A stretch of DNA of 63,808 bases, counting the filler, from Hyphochytrium catenoides (taxonomy: Eukaryota > Protista > Hyphochytriomycota): the NCBI GenBank assembly GCA_900088475.1. It is 13 parts of 13 records of this genome, joined end to end, with 100 filler letters (N's around TTAATTAATTAA, not from the genome) between each part and the next. Parts side by side here need not be neighbours in the genome. Positions count along the whole stretch, not along the records: positions 9,721 to 19,183 come from FLMG01003673.1; positions 19,284 to 23,082 come from FLMG01002881.1; 11 more parts are not named here. The stretch is one strand, 5' to 3'. Below the pieces are notes generated by a model. That model was not told the DNA's origin, did not search any database, and saw nothing but the letters and a program-made list of their open reading frames with translations. Shown here in pieces: positions 11,363 to 23,082 of the stretch; the stretch's first letter is position 1; every line of letters begins with the position of its first letter. The position numbers were made by a program, and so were the translations under genes.

Positions 11363-12151
11363 CTAACCGTCCGATTGTTCTGCTTGGGCTGTGCCTCGTT
11401 TGAAAAAGGATGCCAGTCCATCCTGTATGTCACGAATAGTGTTCCAAAAGGTTCCTCCATTGAGATTCTTTTTCTCTTCTTTTAATGTTTGGATCTGCTG
11501 TTGAAGCTCCTTTGCTTCGCTTTTGCTTTTTTTGGCATTTGCCTGAGCTTCGTCTGCCCTTTTTAAAGCTTCTGCTTTCTGCCTTTCTGGCCCCAACGCC
11601 CTGTCTCCAAGGATCGTTGCGCCGGTGGACAGTTCTTGACGCAAGCGTTGAGCGCTGGCTGCGTTATCTTGCAACCTCGCAGCAAAGCCTCCTTGTCCGC
11701 GGGCTTGCGCGGAGCGTGCCTCATTCGCACGTGTCGTTACCTCATTGGCGAAGTGTCCTGCTAAAGCGGCGTTGTATCGTTGTCCTTCCCGAAGGCGCTT
11801 TGCCTCATAGTGGAATTTCCATGCTGCTCTTACATGTTTCTTTTCCTCTCTTCGATGTCGTTTAGCTTGGCCTCGAGCTTCATTTCTCTCTTTTCGGAGT
11901 TTTGAAAGTCCGCCTTTAATTTCCGCTACTCTCGATATGTCGGCTGGTGCTCGTGGTGGTGCTGCTGCGTTCGTGAGGGGCGAGTAGTAGAAGAGTAACA
12001 GAAGGTTTGCCACAAAGATATAAAAAAGAAGAGAAGAAGAAGAGAAGCGAAAGATGACACCGCACCCACTTCTTCCTCCTACTCTTCTTCTACTGCTGCT
12101 TCGGCCTGCAGCAGCTTTTCTTTCCTCTTCTTCTCTTAGTTTCCCTCCCAT
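11363..12151 (-). CDS. Orphan intronless protein: signal anchor/peptide plus basic Ala-rich coiled coil (262 aa)
   Basis: Clean ATG-to-TAG ORF with a hydrophobic segment (LLFYIFVANLLLLFYYS), a long helical charged region and an amphipathic C-terminus. Confidence 0.65.
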   Translation of the reverse strand: MGGKLREEEERKAAAGRSSSRRRVGGRSGCGVIFRFSSSSLLFYIFVANLLLLFYYSPLTNAAAPPRAPADISRVAEIKGGLSKLRKERNEARGQAKRHRREEKKHVRAAWKFHYEAKRLREGQRYNAALAGHFANEVTTRANEARSAQARGQGGFAARLQDNAASAQRLRQELSTGATILGDRALGPERQKAEALKRADEAQANAKKSKSEAKELQQQIQTLKEEKKNLNGGTFWNTIRDIQDGLASFFKRGTAQAEQSDG

Positions 12152-13728
12152 AATAATCCTTGCCTTCTATTACTATGAAGAAGTAGTAGGACGGCGACGT
12201 AGAACAGAAGAGATAGTACGAGAAGGATCCCGCTTGCTCCTAGTTAGATGATGAACAACGAACAGCTACTCGCTCGCCCGGACCAGAAGATGAAGGGTAG
12301 CGGTGGTGGTGTTCCTTGTGGAACCGCGAAGGACAAAGTAAGAAGAGGAGAAAGAGGGAGAGCAGCAGAAGCGGGCCCTCTCTCTATTTTACTTTCTTCG
12401 TATTCTCTCTTGTTTCGCTTTCCTCCCAGCGAGCAACTTGCAAAATGACCAAAGGATGGACAGAGAGATTCAAGAGGAGATTTTACGTGGAGTGGCGGAC
12501 GAGGAAGCGAGGATAAAGTGGTAGAAGAGGAGAAAGAAGAGCACAGCTGCTGCACTATGAACTCCTTACCTTCTGCCTGTCTCTTCCTTTTCCTTCGTCG
12601 TTCCCCTTTCTCTGGCGCTGCTGCTCCTCACTGCATGCCCTCATTATGTCTCTGCTCCTCCTCTTCCAGCCACCCTCTGCTCTCTTCCGTCTCGTCTTCA
12701 AAGTAATCTAGAACTATACGTTTCTTCTAGCCCCTTCTTTCTTCCTCCTCCTTCCTCTTCTGACTCTTAAGATTTTTCGCTCACGGCTTGATGATTCTCT
12801 CTCTCTACTCTTTCCTCCTGTCTCTCTGCTGTTTCACTCACTCGAGGCTGGCCATCCACTTCCAAACTCCCCCTGAGCTTGAGGAAACACTCGGTAGCTA
12901 CTCTTCTGTCAGAAGTCAGAACGTTCTTCCGTGCTTGCGGCGGCGGGGATGAAAGAGGTTGGACATTTGTATTTGTGTATGCACAGTACTCTTCTCTATC
13001 ACCGACTACGGGTATCAAATGCTGTGACTGTCCCTGAGCTTACTGTTCGGCGCACTTTCTGATAAGAGTTAGAAGCAGTAGTTCCATGTGTTGCCTCTTG
13101 GTTCTGCTGCTGCTGGCGGCAGCGAAACGAACACCCCCAATCCTTTTTATCTTCGGAGATGGGGAAGAAGAGCTGATGAATAGTCCTCCTATCATGTTCC
13201 GAAGTGTAGGAGGAACTAGTTCTATGGTCTCTGTCGTCCTATTGCTCCTCCTCCGTACTCCGTACCGAAGGCCAAGAAGAAGGCCCGGAAGGTACGACCT
13301 GAATTCATCCCATAATTTCGTCTCCTCTTCTTTTTCTCTTCTTCTTCTCCTTCTTCTCCTTCGTCGTCTTCCTTCTCCTTCTTCGTCTCCTTATTCTTCT
13401 CCTCCTTCTTTTCTTCTTCTTGCTCCTTCTTTTTTTTTCTGGCCTTCTTAGTTATTAGTAGTTGTAGCTCTTCTTCATACATCATAACGGACTTATGACT
13501 CGAGAGGAATCCATTCCATCCCGCCGTATCTGTGAACATCTGAACCCGAATGTCCAGAAGGTTTGAGCGACTATTTCTTATTCTTACTCGATCAACTTCC
13601 CATGTAAGGCCTTACCCCTCAAGTCCCTCAAAAAAACATAACAAGCGGTGGCGCCGAAGTGCAAGCGTGTGATAATAGAGACACACTGTCACACTGCGCA
13701 GGGTGCAAGCCTTTGGGGAACAGCTACT

Positions 13729-14118
13729 TGTAACCTCAGGGAACACGGTAGTTCTACAATCGGGAGGAGGAGGAGGACTACTTCAGGCACGCGGACGGGC
13801 ACCCCACACACAACAACACAGTTTTACATTGTTTTACACAGCGAGCAAGCGAAGCAGCAGCTGCTGATGATGATGCTTCAGGGCGCCGCTGCGGCGGCTC
13901 GTCGCGAATGTACTACTGCTGCTGCCCGATGCGATTGCTCTCTCCTGCCTGCAGAGAGATATACCCGCCGGGAAATCTGGAGTGCTGCGAGCAGGAGTAG
14001 CCCCAGAGCCCCAGAGCTGCGCAGCCTGTTCAGCCGAGATGGACACCGTGCCGGCCCAGCTCGTGCGGCTTTCTTGTGAATCATCTGTGGGTCTCTTGTA
14101 CTATGTAACCCTGAGACA
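13729..14118 (-). mobile_element. Solo LTR (390 bp) with 4-bp target-site duplication
   Basis: Termini tgtaacctcaggg...ccctgagaca (TG..CA, imperfect inverted repeat). TACT lies immediately on both sides (13725-13728 and 14119-14122). A GT-rich U5-like tract on the minus strand suggests the orientation. Confidence 0.7.
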
Positions 14119-15946
14119 TACTAGGCACTGCCTCTAACCAACGGGGGGATCCTGTCCCAATCGACCCTTCTACCCTGCTTGTTGGCTTTGAGGTTCTTCT
14201 TCTTCTACTGCCCTGGTTCTCTTTCTATTGTTTTTGTGCTGGGCCGGGGTTGTTGTCCCCAAGAAGGTTTTCCCGCCGTAGCTCTTCTTCCTCTATTCCT
14301 CTAAGCTGTTTCTTGCTCGCTTCCTCTCAGTTGTCCTTTTCCTTCTTTCTTTTCCCCTCTTCTTTTCTCTTCTTCGTTCCCTACTCCTATTGCGGTGGCG
14401 GTAAGAGCAAATCGCCGCGCTTCTTCACCAGCGAGAATGCGTAGGTCCAATCCGTAAGGAACAGGAGGCATAAGGCCGTCTCCTTTTCGGACGGAATGGT
14501 GGCCCCAGCTAAGGCTTGGTTGCTGATATCCTTGACTTCTGAAGAAGGAGGCTAGCTGAAGCTTTGTCCCGTCATTAGTAGTTCTACGCCACAACGTCCT
14601 TGAAGAACTGCGGAAGACCTGCTCGCTGGCTGGAGTTTCAATGACTCTATTCCACTTTCAACGGTTCTTGACATGATTACTCTAGACTAAAAATCAATGG
14701 CTCTACTACTTATTCACACTTGTTTGTTCACTTCCTCTTTCTGCTGTGCAAGAAGATAAAGCAAGCACTTGCGAACTCGTCTTCTTATAGGAGGTAGACG
14801 ACCCTTCCTCCTTTGAGGCTGAGTTCCTCTTATCTGACTATAACTCTGCTTATTCAGTGAGGCAGTACATCTTTATTATCGTTCTTTCTCTCTTTGCCTG
14901 ATGATGGTGTCAAAGGCTAGAGAGTTGAAGAGACGTAGACGCAGCTCAATTAGTGGGAAGGGTGGTGCCACAATCCACCAAGATAGATGGAACAGACAAG
15001 GAGGCTCTTTTGTGCCAGAGTGCGGCAGCAGGGAAGGGATCATAGGTGAAAGATCGGAGGATGATAGCAGTACTGGACGACGAGAGAGACTAGGATGTGA
15101 AAGAGACGGCCACGAAGAAAATTTTAGAGGAAGATGAAGAAGGCGGAGACGAGATGAAGACAGGTACCAGGAGTAAGAGCTCTATTGTGGCGATGTCATC
15201 CCATGAGATAGTAATCCTACTGTTAATAAGAGCGCCAGTATGGACACCAATGCCTTGATAAGCAGCTTGTCGCTTGGTCCTGCCATGACATCACTGCCAG
15301 GCTCGTCACCACCAATGAGCATTCCTTCTGAACCGACCACAGTCTCTTCAGAAACTCCTCCGCGCACGCCAGGACGGCGCAGATTAGCTTTGTAACGCCA
15401 GTAATATGGTCACTTCGCATCCCCAAAGCATATGAAAGCCAGGAGAAGCGCTCAGATTCTTCGGTGACTAGGGAACAGCCGCCGCAAACAGTCGTGCGAA
15501 CAAAACAAAGCCTGGCCGCATGTGTTCCAGATTCTGCCGCCCAAGCTCACCTCCAGACTCCACCCATGAAGCTACGTCATTATCGGCATAACGGGCGCCA
15601 TCCTCGTTCTCTCCATGATCTCTTCCAGTCCTTCCTTTCGCCGTCCGTTCGCACTGATCATCTCCACGAGGCAGCGGGCGGTGGTCATGATGCCGAGGAC
15701 GGAGCGCGCTGGCACAGGACGGACGACAGAGTGCAAAGCTGCAACTCCTCCCACCATCGCTAACATTCCTAGAGCATAACTTCAATCATCGTTTCTTGAC
15801 GCTCAAACATACGCCGGTTCTGTCATCCGCGCCATTCTTTAAAGCACTTCCGTTTCCCTGAGGTATTCCGACCAGAACCTAGTCTTTTCCCTGCTGCAAT
15901 TCCAGTGGGAGACCTGCACTTCTTGGGCTTCCCCTACCTCGAGCGG

Positions 15947-15989
<43 letters not shown>

Positions 15990-16023
15990 TTTTCTTTCTC
16001 TTCTTCCCTCTCTCCCTCGCGCC

Positions 16024-16076
<53 letters not shown>

Positions 16077-16705
16077 CTTCTACTCGTCCTCTTGCTTGGT
16101 GCTTCTTGTGCGCAAGACTTTCGGTGTCCTCAACACCTTCTTCCCCTTTCGCTCACACTTTCTTACGCTCCCTCCTCCTTGGCTGCACAATGTCATTCAT
16201 CCTCACCTTCTGCATGCAGAGATCTGTTCTTCAAATTAACGTGCTCGTCACTTCTCGCGACGTCACTGTTGGCAGCTCCTCCAGTGGCTGAGTCTGACAG
16301 CTGAAGAGCAATGTAGAGACTCTGAAGAAGGAAGCAACTAACTTAGCAGGAGGACAGGAGAAGCAGGAAGCAGCGATGCCTACTGATGCTTGTCCCTGCC
16401 AACAGAGATGCTGTCTCTGGCGTACTCTATGTCCTCGCGAGCCATGGGGGAAATGTTTCTCCTGTTCCTTTCGCCTGCGTCAGTTAGCGATGATGCATTT
16501 AGAAGTGTGCCCGCTGCCCTGCAGCCTAAGAAAGGTAGCTTCCAGTGCTCTATAGTTTTGCTTGCTAGGACGCTGGGTACTAGCTTCCCTTGAGCCTCAA
16601 CCTTCACTTCTCAACTTTCCTGGCTGGACGCACTAGCGCTAACATCCAGACAGTCAATCGCCGTGCCTCCCTTCGAAGCCGTAACTCTCCACAGCCACAG
16701 GAGGG

Positions 16706-17344
16706 ATGAAGGCCATTCAACTGCTCGTTGCCCTCAGCGCAGCGCTCGTCGCGACGAGCTCTGCAGCTAATCTTCGGCGCGCACAGGCGGCGGACCAGAT
16801 GGCCATGGGCACTCAGGCAACGCTGAGCACCGTTCCAGAGGGCGCTATGGCGATGGATGGCGGTATGGCAGATGATATGGATGGGGATATGATGGAGGAA
16901 GGAAACATGGCGCCTATGCTAGCTGGAAGCATGGCAGCCAACGCTGGCGCGGGAGCCGCGACAACGAACAGAAACATCCCTGTGCTCGACCCAAACTTTG
17001 GCATGGAGAGCGGGATGATGAACAATAACAACGGGATGATGATGAACAATAACAATGGGATGATGATGGAGAATAACAATGGAATGATGAACAATAACAA
17101 TGGAATGACTCCTGGGAACATGCCGATGCTGAACCCAAGCTTAGGAGGCAACGATGGGATGATGATGCCGAATAATAATGGGATGATGATGCCCGGAGTA
17201 GACGCCCAACAAGTGATGGCGCTGGCAGATAACATGGCAGCATGGCCAGAGTGGATGCAATCTTGGTGGGAGATGATGGACGGGCAGCAAGCCCCTGCGA
17301 TGTTAGCGGAGGACGCGATGGACGAAGAGCAGGCGATGAACTAA
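16706..17344 (+). CDS. Secreted Met/Asn-rich low-complexity repeat protein (212 aa)
   Basis: Clear signal peptide MKAIQLLVALSAALVATSSA followed by ANLRR. GMM(M)NNNN-type repeats show synonymous codon variation (aac/aat, ggg/gga). Intronless, TAA stop. Confidence 0.85.
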   Translation: MKAIQLLVALSAALVATSSAANLRRAQAADQMAMGTQATLSTVPEGAMAMDGGMADDMDGDMMEEGNMAPMLAGSMAANAGAGAATTNRNIPVLDPNFGMESGMMNNNNGMMMNNNNGMMMENNNGMMNNNNGMTPGNMPMLNPSLGGNDGMMMPNNNGMMMPGVDAQQVMALADNMAAWPEWMQSWWEMMDGQQAPAMLAEDAMDEEQAMN

Positions 17345-17998
17345 GCCGAACCTTCGTTTCCTCTCTCTTAGCTGCGTCTCTTCACATTGACAGTATCCGG
17401 GTGCACGCTGTCCAGAAGGTTGCTCTCGTGACAGCGGACACGTGAAGCACCAAGACCGCTTCTCCCCTCTGACCATCCGCCAGATAGTTTCCTCTAGCCT
17501 TCTCCCCCGTTCGAAAAGTCCAGAACTCTTTGTGATTTCCCTTCTGTTCTGGCTTGCTAGTCCGTCTCTTCTTCTTCCTTCAACCTATAACACCTATAAT
17601 AAAGCAGACAGAAAGGACATTCTATCCCAAGGCCCGTCGTGTCCTCTCTTTTCTCTTCTCATACGTTATCTTATGTCGCTCAAGCTGCTTGCTTTCTCCT
17701 GTGAGAGGTATGAAAGTCTCCTGCTAGTTGTGTCTGTCTTCCCCCTCTCTCTCGCTTCGTCTGCAACCGGTTGTGCTCGTAAAGGCTCTTAGAGGACCAG
17801 AGCGACTTTACGCGCTTATCAAGTCAGCGCAGAGGAATGCTAATCCCCGTTAGAATGTAGAGGACACTTCTCCTTCCTTCAATCCTCTAGAACTGAAGCT
17901 CTAAGCGAGCTCGGACTAGCTTCCCACCCTAAGAGCTTCGAATATTTCAAATGTTATTTAATAGCCCGGAGAACATTCTGAGCTTAAGCGTTCTCTCT

Positions 17999-19183
17999 TT
18001 AACTTTCCGATGAACTGTCTCTGAGCGGAGGCTCTACGCCATGTCGCTTGTAGATTGTCTTTAGTGCCTTCTCTAGCACACCAACAGGCTTCACATATGA
18101 GACCCTGCTGACGGCGCTCCATAGCGCTTCATAAACTGATGACAGCCAGGACTCCTTGACCTCGGGAACCACCTCTCCTTCTCCTTCGCTTTTGCCGTGC
18201 AGCTGTGCGAATAGAGCCTCGTTGGATGTCTGCGTAGCGTTGATCCGCAACCTAAGCGCTTCCTCGGCCTCCTCTAGCCGGTCTTCCTGGGAGAAAGCGT
18301 AAAAGAGATGCGTGTAGATCTCCTCCTCACATAATCCGGCGTCTTTTAACCTCTCCAGGGCCATCTTCAGCACTCCCTTGTGAGGGCTTCTCATAGCACA
18401 CTGAAGGATGGCCTTGTACCCGCTCTTACCGAGAGATACACCGTGAGACGACGCAAAAGAGAGAAGGTTGAGCACTTTTTCCACCTCTCTTCGATCTCGG
18501 TAGGCCTGCGCCAAGTGGGTCAGGGCGGAAGATGACGGCGTCAAGCCTTTCTTCTGCATCTCCTCAAGAGCTTCTTCAGCCCCCGCCAGCTTACGGGCTT
18601 TGGCCATACATCGAATGAAGGCAGAATAGAATTCAGCACTGGGAGGAGACAGTTGAGGGATTTCCAGCTCCGCAAAGCGCCTAGCTTCTGCCCAGCCCTT
18701 ATGCTTGAAGAGTCCTTCCAAAATAGAGCCCAGCAGTCTTCCTCTTTCCTCTGCGTCCGGGGACATCGCGCGATACAGCGCAAGGGCGCTGCTGAACTGG
18801 CCGTGAAGAGCCATTGCGGTTATGAGGGCAGAGCGCAGAGAGGGAGTAAGCCTCACGCCTTCCTCTTCAATCCACTTTAAGAGATTCATTAGTTCCTCTG
18901 CATTCCCAGCCCTGCCATACGCCTCAACGAGAGCCTCATAGACATCCGATGTGAGTGGCACGCCGCTTTTCTTTAGCTTCTCTACAACGTGGGTTGCCCG
19001 CCAGGCAAGCAAGTTACGCCCGTAGGCTCTGATAATTCTGCAGGCCAACTGGCTGTCCTTCATTGGATGAGCCTCCACCAGACGGTCGATTACCTCTAAG
19101 CGACCGTGATAGGCGGAAGAGTCCACAAGTAACCCCAGTGTGGCGGGATGAGAAGCGAGAGGATCTCTCTTCTCTTCTCCTTT
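17999..19183 (-). CDS. Pentatricopeptide-repeat (PPR) protein, 5'-truncated
   Basis: Tandem ~35-aa helical repeats such as VYEALVEAYGRAGNAEELMNLLKWIEEEGVRLT and FYSAFIRCMAKARKLAGAEEALEEMQKKGLTP. Confidence 0.88.
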   Translation of the reverse strand, partial: KGEEKRDPLASHPATLGLLVDSSAYHGRLEVIDRLVEAHPMKDSQLACRIIRAYGRNLLAWRATHVVEKLKKSGVPLTSDVYEALVEAYGRAGNAEELMNLLKWIEEEGVRLTPSLRSALITAMALHGQFSSALALYRAMSPDAEERGRLLGSILEGLFKHKGWAEARRFAELEIPQLSPPSAEFYSAFIRCMAKARKLAGAEEALEEMQKKGLTPSSSALTHLAQAYRDRREVEKVLNLLSFASSHGVSLGKSGYKAILQCAMRSPHKGVLKMALERLKDAGLCEEEIYTHLFYAFSQEDRLEEAEEALRLRINATQTSNEALFAQLHGKSEGEGEVVPEVKESWLSSVYEALWSAVSRVSYVKPVGVLEKALKTIYKRHGVEPPLRDSSSES

Positions 19184-19744
19184 NNNNNNNNNNNNNNNNN
19201 NNNNNNNNNNNNNNNNNNNNNNNNNNNTTAATTAATTAANNNNNNNNNNNNNNNNNNNNNNNNNNNNNNNNNNNNNNNNNNNNCCTGATGACGTGATAAG
19301 AGAGAGACAAGGAGAGAGAGAACAAAAGCCAAGGAGAGAGTGGGACGGTCCAATGAGGACCACAACGAAAAGAGAGACAGGGTAGGGAGAGTAGAGACCT
19401 TGACGAGAGAAAAAGAGAGAGAGAGGAAGACCGCACATATAGATGTGGAATGCCTAGGAGAGAGAGAGAGAGAAGAATGGCATTTCAATTACTAGAAGCA
19501 CGAGTGCACATGGAGCAAGGTCACAAGGAAAGGAAGCGCGTTACGCCACGGTCCTCCTCGTTTCTTCTTTCTCTCTCTCTCTCTCTCTCTTTCGCGCGCG
19601 CGCGCGCGCGTCCTCGTCTCTCTGCCTTTCCTCGTTCTGCCGTTTCTCTCTACCTCTCCTCTTTCTGCCTCTACTCTCTCTCTCTCTCTTTCTGTCACTC
19701 GCGGTTCCTCGTTCTTTCTTCTTTTTGTCTAACCATTCTTACCA

Positions 19745-20254
19745 TTCTCCCTGGTATTCTCTTTTATCGCTGAACTCGTAGACGGCATATCCAGAGAGGA
19801 ATCGTCTCTGATGGCGCGTCTTTCTCAGAATATATTGCAGGTGACGGCACTCATCATGTTTCTCATACTCTCTCCATCGACTTTTAGTCACGAGAGGGAG
19901 AAGAGAAAGAGAGAACACTTTAGTTGGGGGCTTGGGCAGAGAGGAGAGAAGAGAAAAGAGAGATCCTGTGGGGAAGCTTGCCTCCATCGGCAAAGAAGCG
20001 AGAGAGACAGCTGGAGGAGGCGGTGGTGGACCATGAAGAGATCCTTTCCTCGCTCCCTCTTCCCCTCCTCCTCCTCCTGCTGCCCCTGTAGCTGCTGTTG
20101 GATGGCGTTTAGCTTGAAGAGAGTCAAGAGAGAGAGACGCATTCTTTGCTAGACAAGCAGAACAGAGCGCGAGGACGAAGACTTCAGTACAGTCTGCTGA
20201 GAGGAGCGGCACTAGCTCGACTGGCCGACGATTGCACCTTTCGCAGACCATCAT
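19745..20254 (-). CDS. First exon of an uncharacterised protein (CxxC...CxxC N-terminus, MORN-like motif at exon end)
   Basis: MMVCERCN...LCSAC at the start. The exon ends GYAVYEFSDKREYQGEW at a gtaag donor, resembling one MORN repeat. Downstream exons are unresolved. Confidence 0.45.
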
Positions 20255-20551
20255 CCTTTCAGTTCCAACTACTGCTCTCCTCTATGGCCCTTTACGGCCT
20301 ATGGACTAATCCACTGCATATGTCCTCTCAGTCCATTCACCGCCTCCTCAGGCAGTTCTCCTCCTGCGCTCAGGAGCTATGTCACAATCTCTCCTTTGCT
20401 TGAAGGTCTCACCGCGATCTCTATCCATCTTCTTCTCTCTCTTTCTCTCTCTCTCTCTTTCTCTCTTTCTCTGCGGTTATTCCCTATGTTACCCTCCGAG
20501 TCTTTGTAACCCCTTGCCTCTGTCATCTCTCTCTCTCCCTCTCTCTCTCTC

Positions 20552-20599
<48 letters not shown>

Positions 20600-21422
20600 C
20601 CTCTCTCTGTTCTTCTGTGCAGCTTATCACCTCTGCCTCCGCTCAGCTTCGTGTCACCCTTCGCGTCGCCCGCTATCTTCTTTCATCTGTTTCCTCAGTA
20701 CTGTTTTACTGTCCCTTCTCGGGCTCAGCTACCAGGTTGTCTCTTCGCTTGATGATGGTGTTGAAAGGTAGTGAATGATTTTATAAAGAACTAGGATCGA
20801 AAATAGTTTGATATCGAAACTAGCACACTTTTTTCTTTGAATACAGGTACGGCGCCCGTAGATAGCCCCATTCCCACCAAAACATTTACCGAACCTAACT
20901 TAGTGCACATAGCAAAAAGGCCAGTTCAGCTAAGATAATGAATCAAAAGAAATGGCCCTTTAGTTATCAAGCAAGTTGGAGACGGTGGGTGGGGCTCAGT
21001 CCCAGTGACCTTATACCCCTCATATTGGGACTTGAGCGTACGTGAGCACCCATCCTGCTCTTCCCGCCAAAACCTTCACAATTCGCAATTTCCTTCTCTC
21101 TTTGGTGCAGATTTCGCGCGAATCATCTCGCAGATCTCTGCAGATTGTTTATCGGCAAATTGCCCAATGTCTAGCCCGGAGGCAGACAGCGCCTGCTAAT
21201 GAAGGAATAAGTACCATTGGCACACTGTTAAGTAGTTATCCCTCACGCTGAAGCCCTCAAGACTCAACCCCGTGATAAGAGCACTCTCCCCTCCCGTTTG
21301 TAACTCACATTAGACCACAACCAACGATCGCCCGTTCAATCACTCCATACTTCCAGTAAACTCCCTGGCACTGTCTTTGGAGGCACAGGTCTCAATCTCT
21401 CCCCGCGAGGGCGCCGGTCAGT

Positions 21423-23082
21423 ATGAAAGTCCTGACTCCTGAGATCGCTTGGCACCAACATGGAGAGAGCAAAGTCAACAAGCCTATCTTTGGTGTCTCC
21501 TTTCATCCAAAGGAGAACATATTTGCCACCGCGGGTGGCGATAATGTGATTATTTTATGGAGACTAAACCCTGAGCCAGTAGCAGAGGCCGCCGCAGAAC
21601 AGGTGTGAATTCCACCTCCTGCTTCGTGATTTTTCTGCATTGATAAACCAGCTCAGGTCACTCACCGGAGGTCCCGTTCAGACTTAGCATAAGCTGGCGA
21701 TATTCTTAGCCTGAGACACAGCTCACTCGTGCAGTTTCCCCATTGAACCCTGCGTCTCCCTCACAAACTCTTAACACGAGCACCTGTCGTCTTTTTTACG
21801 ATTCGTGGCTCAGAGGTAACTTGACCCAATATTCTGATCTTTTCAGGCGGAGGGAGAGAAGAGGAGAGAAGTGTGCTCGGACTTTGAGTTTATTTTCGCG
21901 TTGGAAGGTCATAGAAATCCAGTGAATTGCGTCCGCTTCTCTCCCGATGGCCGGTACTTGGCTTCAGCTGACACTGACGGCGTCATTTTATGGTCACGAA
22001 GAGGAGGAAGTGCGGAGCCGGAGGAAAGACTTGAGTGGGGCAAGGTAGGAAGAGTCTCGATGCAGCCTGCTTCCTTTTCTGTCCTTTCAGACCGCAATAA
22101 CTTCACTTCATGACCTATCCCTATCCTTTGCCGCTTTGCTAATCCCGCCACTTTTACCGTGACCACTAACATTCGCTTTTGTTTAGATCTTTCTAGTCTG
22201 TACATGTCTTGCTGCTTCCCTTCNNNNNNNNNNNNNNNNNNNNNNNNNNNNNNNNNNNNNNNNNNNNNNNNNNNNNNNNNNNNNNNNNNNNNNNACGCAT
22301 TTCAGTGGCAACAGAGAGGAAGTAGCTGATCTCTCTTGGTCACCCTGTTCTCGTTTCTTGGTCTCAGGCTCTGTGGATAACACCGCTACCTTAAGAGCGG
22401 TGCCGGAGGGTACTACTCTTCTTTCAATAAACAAGCACTCGAACTATGTCCAGGTAAGAATACCAAGAAGGCAGGAAAGAATGGGAAGGGTGGGCCAGGA
22501 GCTTGTATTGGTGACACGCTGAGATACAATAGCTCTTCTTCGCCATTTAGCAATGTGGAGGCAGGCTCCTACCGAGCCTCCATGACGGCCGTGCACTACT
22601 AGTCCTTTTGTGGACCTGCTATTAGTTGATTCACAGCCTCTAAACAGTTTCCTCGGAAGGATCTAAAAGCTGATGATTTGTTGCATTCACTGTAAACCAG
22701 GGAGTAACTTGGCATCCTTGGGATGCAGTAGTCGCTACACAGAGCAGTGACAGGACCGTCGCCGTACATAAGCTTCATATCGAGAGGAAAGTTACCAAAA
22801 AAAACGAGAAGAAGCTCCTCGCGGTCTCGCTTCTCTCATCTCAGATTCTCTCTAGCCGCGCGTTTAGTCGAACTCAAGAGGAGAAACGAGATGCAATATT
22901 GGATACCACCGCAGAACAAATTGAGAAGGAGAGTGAGGGGAAAGAGAGGCAAAATAAGGAAAAGCAGGAGGAAGAACAAGAAAATCCGACCCAACCCCCA
23001 GTAGAGACCAAGGCCAGAGTGCAACGTCAGCACAAGATGTTTCTGGGAGAGTCGCTCAACTCTTTTTTCCGTTGTCCTTCAT
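21423..23082 (+). CDS. CHAF1B: Chromatin assembly factor 1 subunit B (p60/Cac2), WD40; multi-exon, 3'-truncated, internal gap
   Basis: MKVLTPEIAWH start, ATAGGDN, LEGHRNPVNCVRFSPDG, DLSWSPCSRFLVSGSVDN, HSNYVQGVTWHP and MFLGESLNSFFR match the CAF-1 p60 pattern. Confidence 0.88.

Noticed and set aside
13648-13660. tggcgcc as a tRNA primer-binding site
   Set aside because: It is not adjacent to an LTR end and the match is only 7 nt.
15182-15830. Minus-strand ORF fragments as a gene
   Set aside because: There is no recognisable motif or consistent exon structure, so a call cannot be supported.
16813-17235. Antisense Ile/Leu-rich ORF as a membrane protein
   Set aside because: It is the shadow of the Met/Asn repeat gene on the opposite strand.
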